NCBI GenBank assembly: GCA_963804825.1
Contig: CAWDRV010000004.1
Coordinates: 271,278-335,277 of the forward strand
Direction of reading: 5' to 3'
From: an uncultured Planctomycetia bacterium
Lineage (GTDB): Bacteria > Planctomycetota > Planctomycetia > Pirellulales > Thermoguttaceae
DNA length: 64,000 nucleotides
In this document: one piece after another, positions 20,840 through 27,438 of the stretch
Numbering within the stretch: position 1 is the first letter of the stretch
How the letters are laid out: the number at the start of each line of letters is the position of its first letter
Notes under the pieces: generated by a model
Seen by the model: the letters and a program-made list of their open reading frames with translations, nothing else
The model's database searches: none
Told to the model about the DNA's origin: nothing
Made by a program: the position numbers and the translations under genes

Positions 20840-21144
20840 AAACGTCAGCGGCCCGCAAGGCTGATGCGGGTTCTAGCATTAGCCGGTTGTCTTTTCTAAC
20901 TCGTTGTCTCCATTAGGTTTGGGAGAGTTACGCAGCCCCGCTCTTGCGCCATAGCGGTTCGTAGAAGCCTGCCGGTATGGGGTTCTTGGGCCTTGGAAGT
21001 TTCGGCCCGTTCTTGTAACGATCCGGCTGGCGCTTGTCCCCGCTAAAGCGTGTTTCGGTCGCCTTGTTGCATTGTCTTCCTCTTGACTCGCTCTACGATT
21101 CGTCGTGTGTCAACAAACACCCATTAGAAAAGCGAGTTTTGGAC

Positions 21145-21384
21145 ATGTCTAATTTAGAAGCTGCGTTAATTGGGGCAATTTGCGAGGAGGGACGCGCCCC
21201 AAAAACCAAGGAGGCAATCCTAGCTGAACTCAACCACCCGGACGTAACATGCTATTGGTGGTGGTGGCAGTATTGTCCCCTCGTCATTACGAATAACTGG
21301 CAATCCCTGTCATTTGAAAGCAAACTCGTCGCAATGCTCATCGGCGCAGAGACGGCGAGTTACATACTTGCGAACATGGATTGA
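21145..21384 (+). CDS. Hypothetical small protein (lower-GC island)
   Basis: 79-aa ORF MSNLEAALIGAICEEG...CYWWWWQYC in a lower-GC segment. Confidence 0.3.
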   Translation: MSNLEAALIGAICEEGRAPKTKEAILAELNHPDVTCYWWWWQYCPLVITNNWQSLSFESKLVAMLIGAETASYILANMD

Positions 21385-21525
21385 ATTACACGGCGGTCGC
21401 ACCCTTGTAAGTGCTGGGGTCTATTCGCCATTGAACATTCGCAAGCCCGACGTAAAGCATGATGATACAACCTAAAAAGACATACTGCTCAGGCTTAACC
21501 GTTGGCGTCAATTGGCCCGCTCGCA

Positions 21526-21996
21526 TCAGCGCGCCGCCCATCCGGGAATCATTGTTCCATCCGTGGTTTGCATCTGCCACTTAGGTTGCTCGGCTTCAAG
21601 CCATTGTTGCAAAATTTCCATCTGGGCCATTACTTCTTTATCCACAAGTTTGATCGCAAAATCAGCGTGCGCGATCGCATTGCGAATATCTCTAATCGCT
21701 TTCAGCGCCTTTAAGGGCTCGCCGTCGAATAAACCAAACTTCACGCCACGACTGAGGTTTTTGCCAATACTCAATGCACCCTTACACCCCGGTTTCTTTG
21801 CCTTCAGGCATCGTATGACGGCGTTATTAAGGAACTCTGTTCCTATGAGAACCTGTGCCAGTTCGCTTTCCGGTTTGAGCACATCCAATAGGGGTTGCCC
21901 CTTCTTGTTAAGAAACTCCGCGGCTACCACCATCTTGCCATCGGGCGTTCCCTGCGCGGTCGTGCCGCGTGGAAACGGAAGAAAATACATCTCCAT
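21526..21996 (-). CDS. HEPN-domain protein (Rx4-6H motif RNAIAH)
   Basis: ATG at 21996 with GGAGG RBS. IRDIRNAIAHADF matches the HEPN Rx4-6H motif. Lower GC. Confidence 0.5.
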   Translation of the reverse strand: MEMYFLPFPRGTTAQGTPDGKMVVAAEFLNKKGQPLLDVLKPESELAQVLIGTEFLNNAVIRCLKAKKPGCKGALSIGKNLSRGVKFGLFDGEPLKALKAIRDIRNAIAHADFAIKLVDKEVMAQMEILQQWLEAEQPKWQMQTTDGTMIPGWAAR

Positions 21997-22022
21997 TTTC
22001 TGCCCTCCTATAACAGTGCCCC

Positions 22023-22069
22023 TTGACACGTAAGTGTCTTATGATACAATTCCGCCTAGAAAGGGTCAA
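22023..22069. promoter_or_regulatory. Overlapping divergent sigma70-like promoters (plus: TTGACA-N16-TACAAT; minus: TTGACC-N17-TATCAT)
   Basis: Plus strand: TTGACA 22023-22028, TACAAT 22045-22050, then ATG at 22073. Minus strand: TTGACC (rc of 22064-22069) and TATCAT (rc of 22041-22046), upstream of the HEPN gene start at 21996. Confidence 0.5.
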
Positions 22070-22072
22070 CCC

Positions 22073-22267
22073 ATGAGACGAGAACCGATACCCCAGAGAC
22101 TTAGAACCGCCATTAGGCGGACGGGCAAGAGCATTTACCGGGTCGCAAAGGACGCGGGTGTCGGCCACCCGATCATTCTCCGCTTTCTGAGCGGAGAGCG
22201 AGACATACGGCTGGAGACGGCCGAGAAGCTAGCGCGGTCGCTAGGCTTGGAATTGAAAGAAGTGTAG
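22073..22267 (+). CDS. XRE-family helix-turn-helix transcriptional regulator
   Basis: SIYRVAKDAGVGHPIILRFLSGERDIRLETAEKLARSLGL is an HTH_XRE pattern. 64 aa. Confidence 0.65.
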   Translation: MRREPIPQRLRTAIRRTGKSIYRVAKDAGVGHPIILRFLSGERDIRLETAEKLARSLGLELKEV

Positions 22268-22299
22268 CAATAAAAACGCCCGGAGCGGTGGCAACCGTT

Positions 22300-23330
22300 C
22301 CGGGCAACCACAACCGGGCTTTCGCCCAATTGCGGGTTCGATGCTTGCATTATAGCGAAAGCCCCCAACAAAGGGAAGGCTTCGCTATGTGCAACGTCGT
22401 GAAACCGGAGCGCCAAAAGCAGGTGCTCCACATGCTGGTGGAGGGCAGTTCAATCCGATCCACGTCGCGCCTTACGGGAATCCATCGGGATACCATTGGT
22501 CGGCTGTTGGTCCGTTTCGGGCAAGGGTGCCGTCGTTTGCTCGATAACCGGTTGCAGGGATTGGCTTTACGGCACCTGGAATTGGACGAAATGTGGACTT
22601 TCGTGCTCAAAAAGGAGGGGCGATTGACCCTGGAAGAGCGCCAGGAGCGTTACGACATTGGGGATATTTACCTATGGACCGCCCTTGACCAGAAAACCAA
22701 GCTGATTCCCGCCTTTTTGGTTGGGAAACGGTCGGCAGACAACGCAAGGCGGTTTCTGCGGGACGTGGCCGGCCGGCTGCGGTTCCCCACGGCCCATGAC
22801 TCCGATCCGCACCACTACCAGCCGGGCGGGTATTCGCTGGTAGTGCAGATTTCCAGCGACGCCTTCCGGGCCTATCCCGAAGCGGTTGACTTGGCTTTCG
22901 GCCCCTATTGCAAATACGGCCAGATCATCAAGAACTATCGCAACGCCGACCAGCCGGGGCGCTATGCTCCCCCGGAGATGGTCGAGACTGAGCGCCGGAG
23001 GGTGTTCGCGTTGAGAGAAGACGAGGAGCGGACAATATGCACGTCCCACGTGGAGCGCCACAACTTGACCGTCCGCACCTTGTTGCGGCGGTTCACTCGC
23101 CTTGCTCTGGGATTCTCCAAAAAACTAGAGAACCTCGAGGCGGCGTGCGCGGCGTTTCTGGCGTACTACAACTTCGTTTGGCGAACCAGATACCCGGATG
23201 ACAGCGGGAAGGCAGGGCGGTATCGTCCGCCGGCCGCGGTCATGGCAGGCGTGGTTTCCAACCTCTGGACATTCACAGACCTGTTCAATCGTGTAATGGG
23301 GTAGAACCGGGCTGTTGTGGAGGCATACAT
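22300..23330 (+). mobile_element. IS1-family insertion sequence
   Basis: Contains an IS1-type transposase. Imperfect terminal inverted repeats around CCACAACCGGGCT (about 22307-22325) and CCGGGCTGTTGTGG (about 23300-23325). Confidence 0.55.
22386..23304 (+). CDS. IS1-family transposase (InsAB-like single ORF)
   Basis: N-terminal HTH IRSTSRLTGIHRDTIGRLL (InsA-like). The C-terminal HVERHNLTVRTLLRRFTRLALGFSKKLENLEAACAAFLAYYNF parallels IS1 InsB [41 protein letters not shown]. Confidence 0.7.
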
Positions 23331-23731
23331 GGCAGATACTTTTTCGCCAATGGAGAAAGCATCATGGGAAAAAACATGTATGCTTCTCCATCGTTCGCTT
23401 CATCAAGATGGCCGTGCGCACTCGCGCGAACAAAGATGTTCTTCTTTAGCAACCCAGCGACTAGAGGGGTATCTAATGGAAAGTCTAAGGTGTTCCGTTG
23501 CTGTTTCGTGAATCTGTTTATCGCCTCCCATTCGGAGGGATCAAGAGAAGCAATAGCTTGCTTTATGGCCTGTGTTTTTTGATCGTTGATTTCAACATGT
23601 TCCGTTTGGCAAGGACGGCTAATGCAGAAGAAAAAGGCAACGATGATCGCGCCAGACACTATCCCTACTCCGATTGCCGACAAGATCGCTGGAATGAGAT
23701 GCCATCCGCCCACCCAAGCGATAAGGTACAC
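23285..23731 (-). CDS. Membrane protein, 3' end possibly disrupted by the IS1 element
   Basis: N-terminal TM helices IAWVGGWHLIPAILSAIGVGIVSGAIIVAFFFCI. The ORF tail overlaps the IS1 right end. Confidence 0.35.
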   Translation of the reverse strand: MYLIAWVGGWHLIPAILSAIGVGIVSGAIIVAFFFCISRPCQTEHVEINDQKTQAIKQAIASLDPSEWEAINRFTKQQRNTLDFPLDTPLVAGLLKKNIFVRASAHGHLDEANDGEAYMFFPMMLSPLAKKYLPCMPPQQPGSTPLHD

Positions 23732-23943
23732 GGCCGCGCCTCCGATTACAGCAGCAGTAGCCGCAACGTTTTTTGCGAACGACCAAGCGGCATTAACCCG
23801 GATAACCCATTTTCAACACCATTCTTCGCTCATCGGACGCCCTCTTGCAATAGCGGCCGAAGGGCGTACAATGACAGCATCATTCAACCAGTGCCGCCCT
23901 ACGGCACGAGAACAGAAAGCGGCCGGATTTCCCCCGGCCGCTT

Positions 23944-24258
23944 TCATTTTATCCCGACCAGCGGCACGTGCAACCCACCATACCACCCAGAGGTGCAAAT
24001 TAGGCCACTGCCGCCCTCCCCGGTGGCTTGAAAGCGAACTTCAAAGGCAGTCGGATGATTCGCAATGGTCGAGCGCAGCCAACCGCGGCGTTCGACCATG
24101 CCGGCGGCCGTCAACAGAAACAGGGCATTGTCTTGAATGACGGTCAGCCGGTCGAGATCGAAGTCAGCCCACGTTTCGGGGATCGTCCGCAGCAACTCGG
24201 CGATTGCCCGCTTGAGAAGATCGGCTTCAGCGTCGGTTCGCGGGAGACGTTCTGCCAT
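23944..24258 (-). CDS. Hypothetical protein
   Basis: MAERLPRTDAEADLLKRAIAELLRTIPETWADFDLDRLTVIQDNALFLLTAAGMVERRGW... Protein-like composition. Confidence 0.35.
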   Translation of the reverse strand: MAERLPRTDAEADLLKRAIAELLRTIPETWADFDLDRLTVIQDNALFLLTAAGMVERRGWLRSTIANHPTAFEVRFQATGEGGSGLICTSGWYGGLHVPLVGIK

Positions 24259-24796
24259 GAATTCGCCCTTCGTTCTGCGGGTCGGCCCGCGCCGGCTGGG
24301 TTGTCCAGGTGGCCACCCGGCACAACCGTCCGGACGATTCTGCTCCACCCGTTTCTATCCCAGCATGCCCGCCATTTTACCCTCGGCGATGGCGTTTACC
24401 AGCCAGCGGGCGTAACGGCGGCTGCAGGGAGACGGACGGCAATCACTGGCCGCCCCGGGCAAAGGCACGACCTTCTCCATGGGTCACCGGCTCGCACCGT
24501 GGAAAATTTTCCGCGGGGCGGGAATAATTTCGCCCGTTCGAGCGTCTTATAGATAAGGCCGCCGTGCTCGGGAAAATTTCGTGAACTTCTGTAGCATCGG
24601 CGGCGTCTATACGATATAATAGCGATAGTGCGGCCCTCGGCGGGCTGCCAGTTTGAGAGAAAGAGCCATGACTTCGATACGGCTAAGTCACAAACAGCGA
24701 AGATGGATGGGTACATTCGCCGCCCAAGCGGCGAATACGCTCCCGTCCTATCCATTGCGCGTTTGACACCGGCCGTACCTATTCCGAAGAATACCG

Positions 24797-24832
24797 AAAG
24801 CCCGGTGTCATAACGACATCGGGCTTTTTTTA
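24797..24832 (+). terminator. Rho-independent terminator (AAAGCCCGGTG...CATCGGGC + TTTTTTTATT)
   Basis: GC stem agcccg/cgggct followed by a run of 7 T. Lies about 150 nt upstream of the first tRNA of the array. Confidence 0.6.
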
Positions 24833-24985
24833 TTGGGTCGGTAGCTGAGATGCGGGCACCGACCGAAGGTTGGTCGGCGGCGGCCTGAAAAGCCGCAGAC
24901 GCGGATTCGAGCACCGCCCGACCCACTGCGTGAAACGTGCGCGCGAACCCCTTGCTTCAACTGCGTGGAAGGTGCGCGCTGAGAT

Positions 24986-25059
24986 GGCCTGTTCGTCTAT
25001 CGGTTCGAGGACACCGGCCCTTCAAGCCGGGAAGACGGGTTCGACTCCCGTACGGGCCG
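24986..25059 (+). tRNA. tRNA-Glu(UUC), non-canonical (C33)
   Basis: Acceptor ggcctgt/acgggcc. The D-arm TTCGTCTATCGG resembles bacterial tRNA-Glu. Anticodon stem ccggc/gccgg with loop CCTTCAA. T-arm acggg-TTCGACT-cccgt. Confidence 0.7.
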
Positions 25060-25066
25060 CTGTGGG

Positions 25067-25160
25067 CAGAACGTAGCGAAGCCTGGTTATCGCGCGGGCA
25101 CCGATGCGCAGCATTGGTCCGGGGACCAGGAGACCGGCGGTTCAAATCCGCCCGTTCTGA
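25067..25160 (+). tRNA. tRNA-like, 94 nt, Pro-type D-loop, hairpin repeat where anticodon arm should be (probable pseudo-tRNA)
   Basis: Acceptor cagaacg/cgttctg, T-arm ggcgg-TTCAAAT-ccgcc, D-loop AAGCCTGGTTAT. The interior carries GGGCACCGATGCGCAGCATTGGTCC (array hairpin repeat). No standard anticodon arm. Confidence 0.35.
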
Positions 25161-25168
25161 CTGGATGA

Positions 25169-25241
25169 CGGGATGTAGGGTAGCGGCGAACCCGTGTGTT
25201 CTGGGAACACAAGATCGCAGGTTCGAGTCCTGCCATCCCGA
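25169..25241 (+). tRNA. tRNA-Pro(UGG), non-canonical (C33)
   Basis: Acceptor cgggatg/catcccg. Anticodon stem tgtgt/acaca with loop TCTGGGA. T-arm gcagg-TTCGAGT-cctgc. Confidence 0.65.
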
Positions 25242-25267
25242 CCTGACGGACAACGACGTTGGCACAT

Positions 25268-25339
25268 GGTAGTCGAGGGCCGGTTGCCCAAACCCGGCTG
25301 ATAACCGAGTGGCGCTGAGTTCGACTCTCAGGGCTACCA
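25268..25339 (+). tRNA. tRNA-Ile(GAU) (short D-loop; possible indel)
   Basis: Acceptor ggtagtc/ggctacc. Anticodon loop CTGATAA. T-arm ctgag-TTCGACT-ctcag. The D-arm looks truncated. Confidence 0.6.
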
Positions 25340-25405
25340 CTGGAAAGTGAGGAGCATGACCATGAAGCAAACCCGATGGAAACGCATACGCCCGGCCTGC
25401 ATTTC

Positions 25406-25477
25406 GGGGTCGTGGTGTAACGGCAGCACTCCGGACTTTTAATCCGGTAGGTGAAGGTTCGAGTCCTTTCGGCCCCA
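25406..25477 (+). tRNA. tRNA-Lys(UUU)
   Basis: Acceptor ggggtcg/cggcccc. Anticodon stem ccgga/tccgg with loop CTTTTAA. T-arm gaagg-TTCGAGT-ccttt. Confidence 0.8.
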
Positions 25478-25487
25478 CTCGCCGTGA

Positions 25488-25576
25488 CGGCGCGTAGCTC
25501 AATGGTCAGAGCGGGCCTCTTATAAGGGTCAGGACCACCTGCGGTGGTGCCCAGGGTTCGACTCCCTCCGCGCCCA
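25488..25576 (+). tRNA. tRNA-like with long variable hairpin, anticodon loop CTTATAA (UAU?); anticodon and acceptor ambiguous
   Basis: Canonical D-arm TAGCTCAATGGTCAGAGC. Anticodon stem ggcct/gggtc needs two G-U pairs. Variable hairpin ACCACCTGCGGTGGT. T-loop TTCGACT. The 5' acceptor pairing is imperfect. Confidence 0.4.
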
Positions 25577-25602
25577 CTGCTGCGCGTAACGAAGCAGACG
25601 AC

Positions 25603-25675
25603 GGGACCAAGGTGCTAGCGGCAGCACAGCGGATTCTTAATCCGCCAGGTGAGGGTTCAAGTCCCTCTGGTCCCA
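25603..25675 (+). tRNA. tRNA-Lys(CUU)
   Basis: Acceptor gggacca/tggtccc. D-arm gtgc/gcac. Anticodon stem gcgga/tccgc with loop TTCTTAA. T-arm gaggg-TTCAAGT-ccctc. Confidence 0.8.
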
Positions 25676-25690
25676 CTGATGTGAGCACTG

Positions 25691-25790
25691 GTCCGGGCAC
25701 CGACGCGCAGCGTTGGTCGTGGCGAGGATACCGCACCCGTAATGCGGCGACGAGGGTTCGAGTCCGGGCACCGACGCGAAGCGTTGGTCT
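25691..25790 (+). pseudogene. Pseudo-tRNA: Thr(CGU)-like anticodon arm (loop CCCGTAA, C33) flanked by two copies of the hairpin repeat, T-arm broken
   Basis: A direct repeat GTCCGGGCACCGACGCG[C/A]AGCGTTGGTC sits at both ends. Anticodon stem ccgca/tgcgg. The sequence around GGTTCGAGTCC cannot form a 5-bp T-stem. Confidence 0.35.
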
Positions 25791-25827
25791 GGTGCTCCTG
25801 TTGTTTGACAATTCGGCACACCACGAC

Positions 25828-25917
25828 GCGCCCATGGGGCACCGTCGCGAAGCGATGGTCGCGGCAGCCTGCTGCCTTGCCATGGCAGAAGTGCGGGTTC
25901 GACTCCCGCTGGGCGCT
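25828..25917 (+). tRNA. tRNA-Gly(GCC) with expanded D-region containing the hairpin repeat
   Basis: Acceptor gcgccca/tgggcgc. Anticodon stem ctgcc/ggcag with loop TTGCCAT. T-arm gcggg-TTCGACT-cccgc. 34 nt lie between the acceptor and the anticodon arm, including GGGGCACCGTCGCGAAGCGATGGTC. Confidence 0.5.
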
Positions 25918-25925
25918 TTTCAGCG

Positions 25926-26000
25926 CAGGACGTAGGAAAGCCTGGTATTCCGCGTGCCCCGGGCAGCACGAGATCGCGGGTTCAAATCCCGCCGTCCTGA
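25926..26000 (+). tRNA. tRNA-Pro(CGG)-like, 8-nt anticodon loop CCCGGGCA / C33
   Basis: Acceptor caggacg/cgtcctg. D-loop AAGCCTGGTAT. Anticodon stem cgtgc/gcacg. T-arm gcggg-TTCAAAT-cccgc. Confidence 0.5.
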
Positions 26001-26007
26001 CTTTGAT

Positions 26008-26082
26008 TGCGGTGGGGCCTGTGTTGGCACGGGCGGGCGCTTGTTAAGCGTCATGTCGCAGGTTCGATTCCTGCCACCGCAG
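26008..26082 (+). tRNA. tRNA-Asn(GUU)
   Basis: Acceptor tgcggtg/caccgca. Anticodon stem ggcgc/gcgtc with loop TTGTTAA. Variable loop ATGTC. T-arm gcagg-TTCGATT-cctgc. Confidence 0.7.
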
Positions 26083-26096
26083 CCTGTTGAGAGAAC

Positions 26097-26218
26097 GGAA
26101 GGGCAAGCCGGACCACCGCTTCGCGGCGGTGCCCGCGATGGCAGCCGCCGGGCACCATGCGAAGCATGGTCAGCGGCCGAGCGATGAGCCTTGAGGGTTC
26201 GACTCCCTCTCCTTCCGC
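26097..26218 (+). tRNA. Ser-type tRNA-like element, 122 nt with two hairpin insertions (probable pseudo/unusual tRNA)
   Basis: Acceptor ggaaggg/tccttcc (Ser-like), T-arm gaggg-TTCGACT-ccctc. The interior contains CACCGCTTCGCGGCGGTG (UUCG hairpin) and GGGCACCATGCGAAGCATGGTC (array repeat). Confidence 0.3.
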
Positions 26219-26223
26219 CTGCT

Positions 26224-26312
26224 GTGCCCTTGGCCGGCCGGCAGAGGTGCCAGCCTTCCAAGCTGGCGCGACCAACCTTCGGTCGGTGCCCGGTTCGACT
26301 CCCACAGGGCAC
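26224..26312 (+). tRNA. tRNA-Gly(UCC)-like with reverse-orientation hairpin repeat in variable region, defective T-arm (pseudo)
   Basis: Acceptor gtgccct/agggcac. Anticodon stem ccagc/gctgg with loop CTTCCAA, followed by GCGCGACCAACCTTCGGTCGGTGCCC. Relative to the paralog at 27439 it lacks about 18 nt, so the T-stem cannot pair. Confidence 0.35.
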
Positions 26313-26327
26313 TCTCAGCGATGACGA

Positions 26328-26398
26328 TCGGGGATCAGCTAGTGGCAGGCTTCCTGGCTTTGAACCAGGCAACGGAGGTTCAACCCCTCCTCCCCGAG
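26328..26398 (+). tRNA. tRNA-Gln(UUG)
   Basis: Acceptor tcgggga/tccccga (U1-A72 as in bacterial Gln). Anticodon stem cctgg/ccagg with loop CTTTGAA. T-arm ggagg-TTCAACC-cctcc. Confidence 0.75.
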
Positions 26399-26435
26399 CT
26401 TGCAGCCGGCGAGCCGTGTCTCGTCACGCAAACGA

Positions 26436-26506
26436 TGCGGAGTCATCTAACGGTAGGATGAGACTCTCTGAAGGTCTTCATGTTGGTTCAACTCCAGCCT
26501 CCGCAG
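26436..26506 (+). tRNA. tRNA-Gln(CUG)
   Basis: Acceptor tgcggag/ctccgca. D-stem catc/gatg. Anticodon stem agact/ggtct with loop CTCTGAA. T-arm gttgg-TTCAACT-ccagc. Confidence 0.7.
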
Positions 26507-26515
26507 CTTGATAAC

Positions 26516-26601
26516 GGAAGCCATCCGGCCGGATGAGGAGCCTGTCTTGAAAACAGGTGGCGGCCCGACGCCGCTTGTGGGTTCGAGTCCCACGGCTTCC
26601 G
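26516..26601 (+). tRNA. tRNA-Ser(UGA)
   Basis: Acceptor ggaagcc/ggcttcc. Anticodon stem cctgt/acagg with loop CTTGAAA. Long variable arm TGGCGGCCCGACGCCGCT. T-arm gtggg-TTCGAGT-cccac. Confidence 0.75.
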
Positions 26602-26606
26602 CCTTT

Positions 26607-26677
26607 GGGGTCATGGTCCAACAGGACGACGCCAGCTCCGCACGCTGGAGATCCGGGTGCGACTCCCGGTGACTCCA
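26607..26677 (+). tRNA. tRNA-Ala(CGC), non-canonical (C33, T-loop TGCGACT), G3-U70 present
   Basis: Acceptor ggggtca/tgactcc gives G3-U70 and discriminator A. Anticodon stem ccagc/gctgg with loop TCCGCAC. T-arm ccggg-TGCGACT-cccgg. Confidence 0.65.
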
Positions 26678-26689
26678 CTGTAGAAACAT

Positions 26690-26761
26690 AGCCCCGTGGT
26701 CCAACGGCAACGACGCTTGGTCCACACCCAGGAAACGATGGTTCGACTCCATCCGGGGCTA
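26690..26761 (+). tRNA. tRNA-Val(CAC), non-canonical (C33)
   Basis: Acceptor agccccg/cggggct. D-arm GTCCAACGGCAACGAC. Anticodon stem cttgg/ccagg with loop TCCACAC. T-arm gatgg-TTCGACT-ccatc. Confidence 0.65.
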
Positions 26762-26765
26762 CTGC

Positions 26766-26839
26766 GGCTCGGTAGGCAACCGGCAGACCACCTTGGCTTA
26801 GAACCAGGGATGCTGTGGGTTCGACTCCCACCTGAGCCA
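26766..26839 (+). tRNA. tRNA with anticodon UAG (Leu) on a class-I body (short variable loop), non-canonical
   Basis: Acceptor ggctcgg/ctgagcc, discriminator A. Anticodon stem cttgg/ccagg with loop CTTAGAA. Variable loop GATGC. T-arm gtggg-TTCGACT-cccac. Confidence 0.55.
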
Positions 26840-26853
26840 CTGTGAACGACCCT

Positions 26854-26928
26854 GCCCTCGTGGAGCAGCCTGGAGTGCTCGCCTGCCTGTCACGCAGGAG
26901 ATCGCGGGTCCAAATCCCGTCGAGGGCG
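26854..26928 (+). tRNA. tRNA-Asp(GUC) (T-loop TCCAAAT, C54)
   Basis: Acceptor gccctcg/cgagggc, discriminator G. D-stem gagc/gctc. Anticodon stem cctgc/gcagg with loop CTGTCAC. T-arm gcggg-TCCAAAT-cccgt. Confidence 0.7.
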
Positions 26929-26942
26929 CTTTCAAGTATGAC

Positions 26943-27017
26943 GGCGCGGTACGCAAATCGGCAAAGCGGTCAAGCTCAAACCTTGGTGATCTGCGGGTTC
27001 GACTCCCGCCTGTGCCA
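26943..27017 (+). tRNA. tRNA with anticodon CAA (Leu) on a class-I body, non-canonical
   Basis: Acceptor ggcgcgg/ctgtgcc. D-arm CGCAAATCGGCAAAGCG. Anticodon stem tcaag/cttgg with loop CTCAAAC. Short variable loop. T-arm gcggg-TTCGACT-cccgc. Confidence 0.5.
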
Positions 27018-27028
27018 CTGGAAACCAT

Positions 27029-27112
27029 GCGTCAACTGGGCATCGGCGAGCCCAACTGCCCGTAAAACAGCCAGCCCGAAAGGCTATGCAGGTTCGACTC
27101 CTGCCCGGCGCA
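27029..27112 (+). tRNA. Class-II-like tRNA element, anticodon arm degenerate (loop CCCGTAAAA), acceptor mismatched (probable pseudo/chimera)
   Basis: D-arm GGGCATCGGCGAGCCC. Variable hairpin AGCCCGAAAGGCT. T-arm gcagg-TTCGACT-cctgc. The 5' gcgtcaa does not fully pair with the 3' ccggcgc. Confidence 0.3.
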
Positions 27113-27122
27113 CTGACAACAT

Positions 27123-27195
27123 GGCCCGTTCGTCTATCGGCCAAGGACACCGGCCCCTCACGCCGGAAAGGCGGGTTCAATTCCCGCACGGGCTG
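27123..27195 (+). tRNA. tRNA-Glu(CUC), non-canonical (C33)
   Basis: Paralog of 24986. Acceptor ggcccgt/acgggct. Anticodon stem ccggc/gccgg with loop CCCTCAC. T-arm gcggg-TTCAATT-cccgc. Confidence 0.65.
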
Positions 27196-27202
27196 CTGAC
27201 AT

Positions 27203-27284
27203 GACCAAGTGGCGCAACTGGTAGACGCGCGACGCTCAGAACGTCGTGCCGCAAGGCATGGGAGTTCGAATCTCCCCTTGGTCA
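27203..27284 (+). tRNA. tRNA-Leu(CAG), class II
   Basis: Acceptor gaccaag/cttggtc, discriminator A. D-arm GGCGCAACTGGTAGACGCG. Anticodon stem cgacg/cgtcg with loop CTCAGAA. Variable hairpin TGCCGCAAGGCAT. T-arm gggag-TTCGAAT-ctccc. Confidence 0.75.
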
Positions 27285-27295
27285 CTGAGGAATTG

Positions 27296-27362
27296 CAGGC
27301 GCGGCAGGTGCCCAACTGGCTCCCATAAGGCCGGTGCGCCCGGCTCGATACCGGGGCCTGCA
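27296..27362 (+). tRNA. Degenerate tRNA-like element, anticodon loop CCCATAA (CAU, C33)
   Basis: Acceptor tgcaggc/gcctgca. T-arm cccgg-CTCGATA-ccggg. The interior is only 38 nt, with a 4-bp anticodon stem ggct/ggcc. Confidence 0.3.
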
Positions 27363-27364
27363 AC

Positions 27365-27429
27365 TGCGGGTGGGCCAGTGCTCAGCCGGGCCCCATAAGC
27401 CTGGACCGCCGGGCGCAACACCCGGACCC
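27365..27429 (+). tRNA. Degenerate tRNA-like element, anticodon loop CCCATAA (CAU, C33), 1-72 mismatch
   Basis: T-arm ccggg-CGCAACA-cccgg. Acceptor tgcgggt/acccgcc has a T1xC72 mismatch. Anticodon stem gggc/gcct. Confidence 0.25.
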
Positions 27430-27438
27430 GCCACTTGC

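Noticed and set aside
26214-26312. Treating the tRNA-Gly(UCC)-like element as a functional tRNA with an intron
   Set aside because: The inserted repeat lies in the variable region/T-arm junction and the T-stem cannot form. Compared with its paralog at 27439 it has an 18-nt deletion, so it fits a pseudo-tRNA better.
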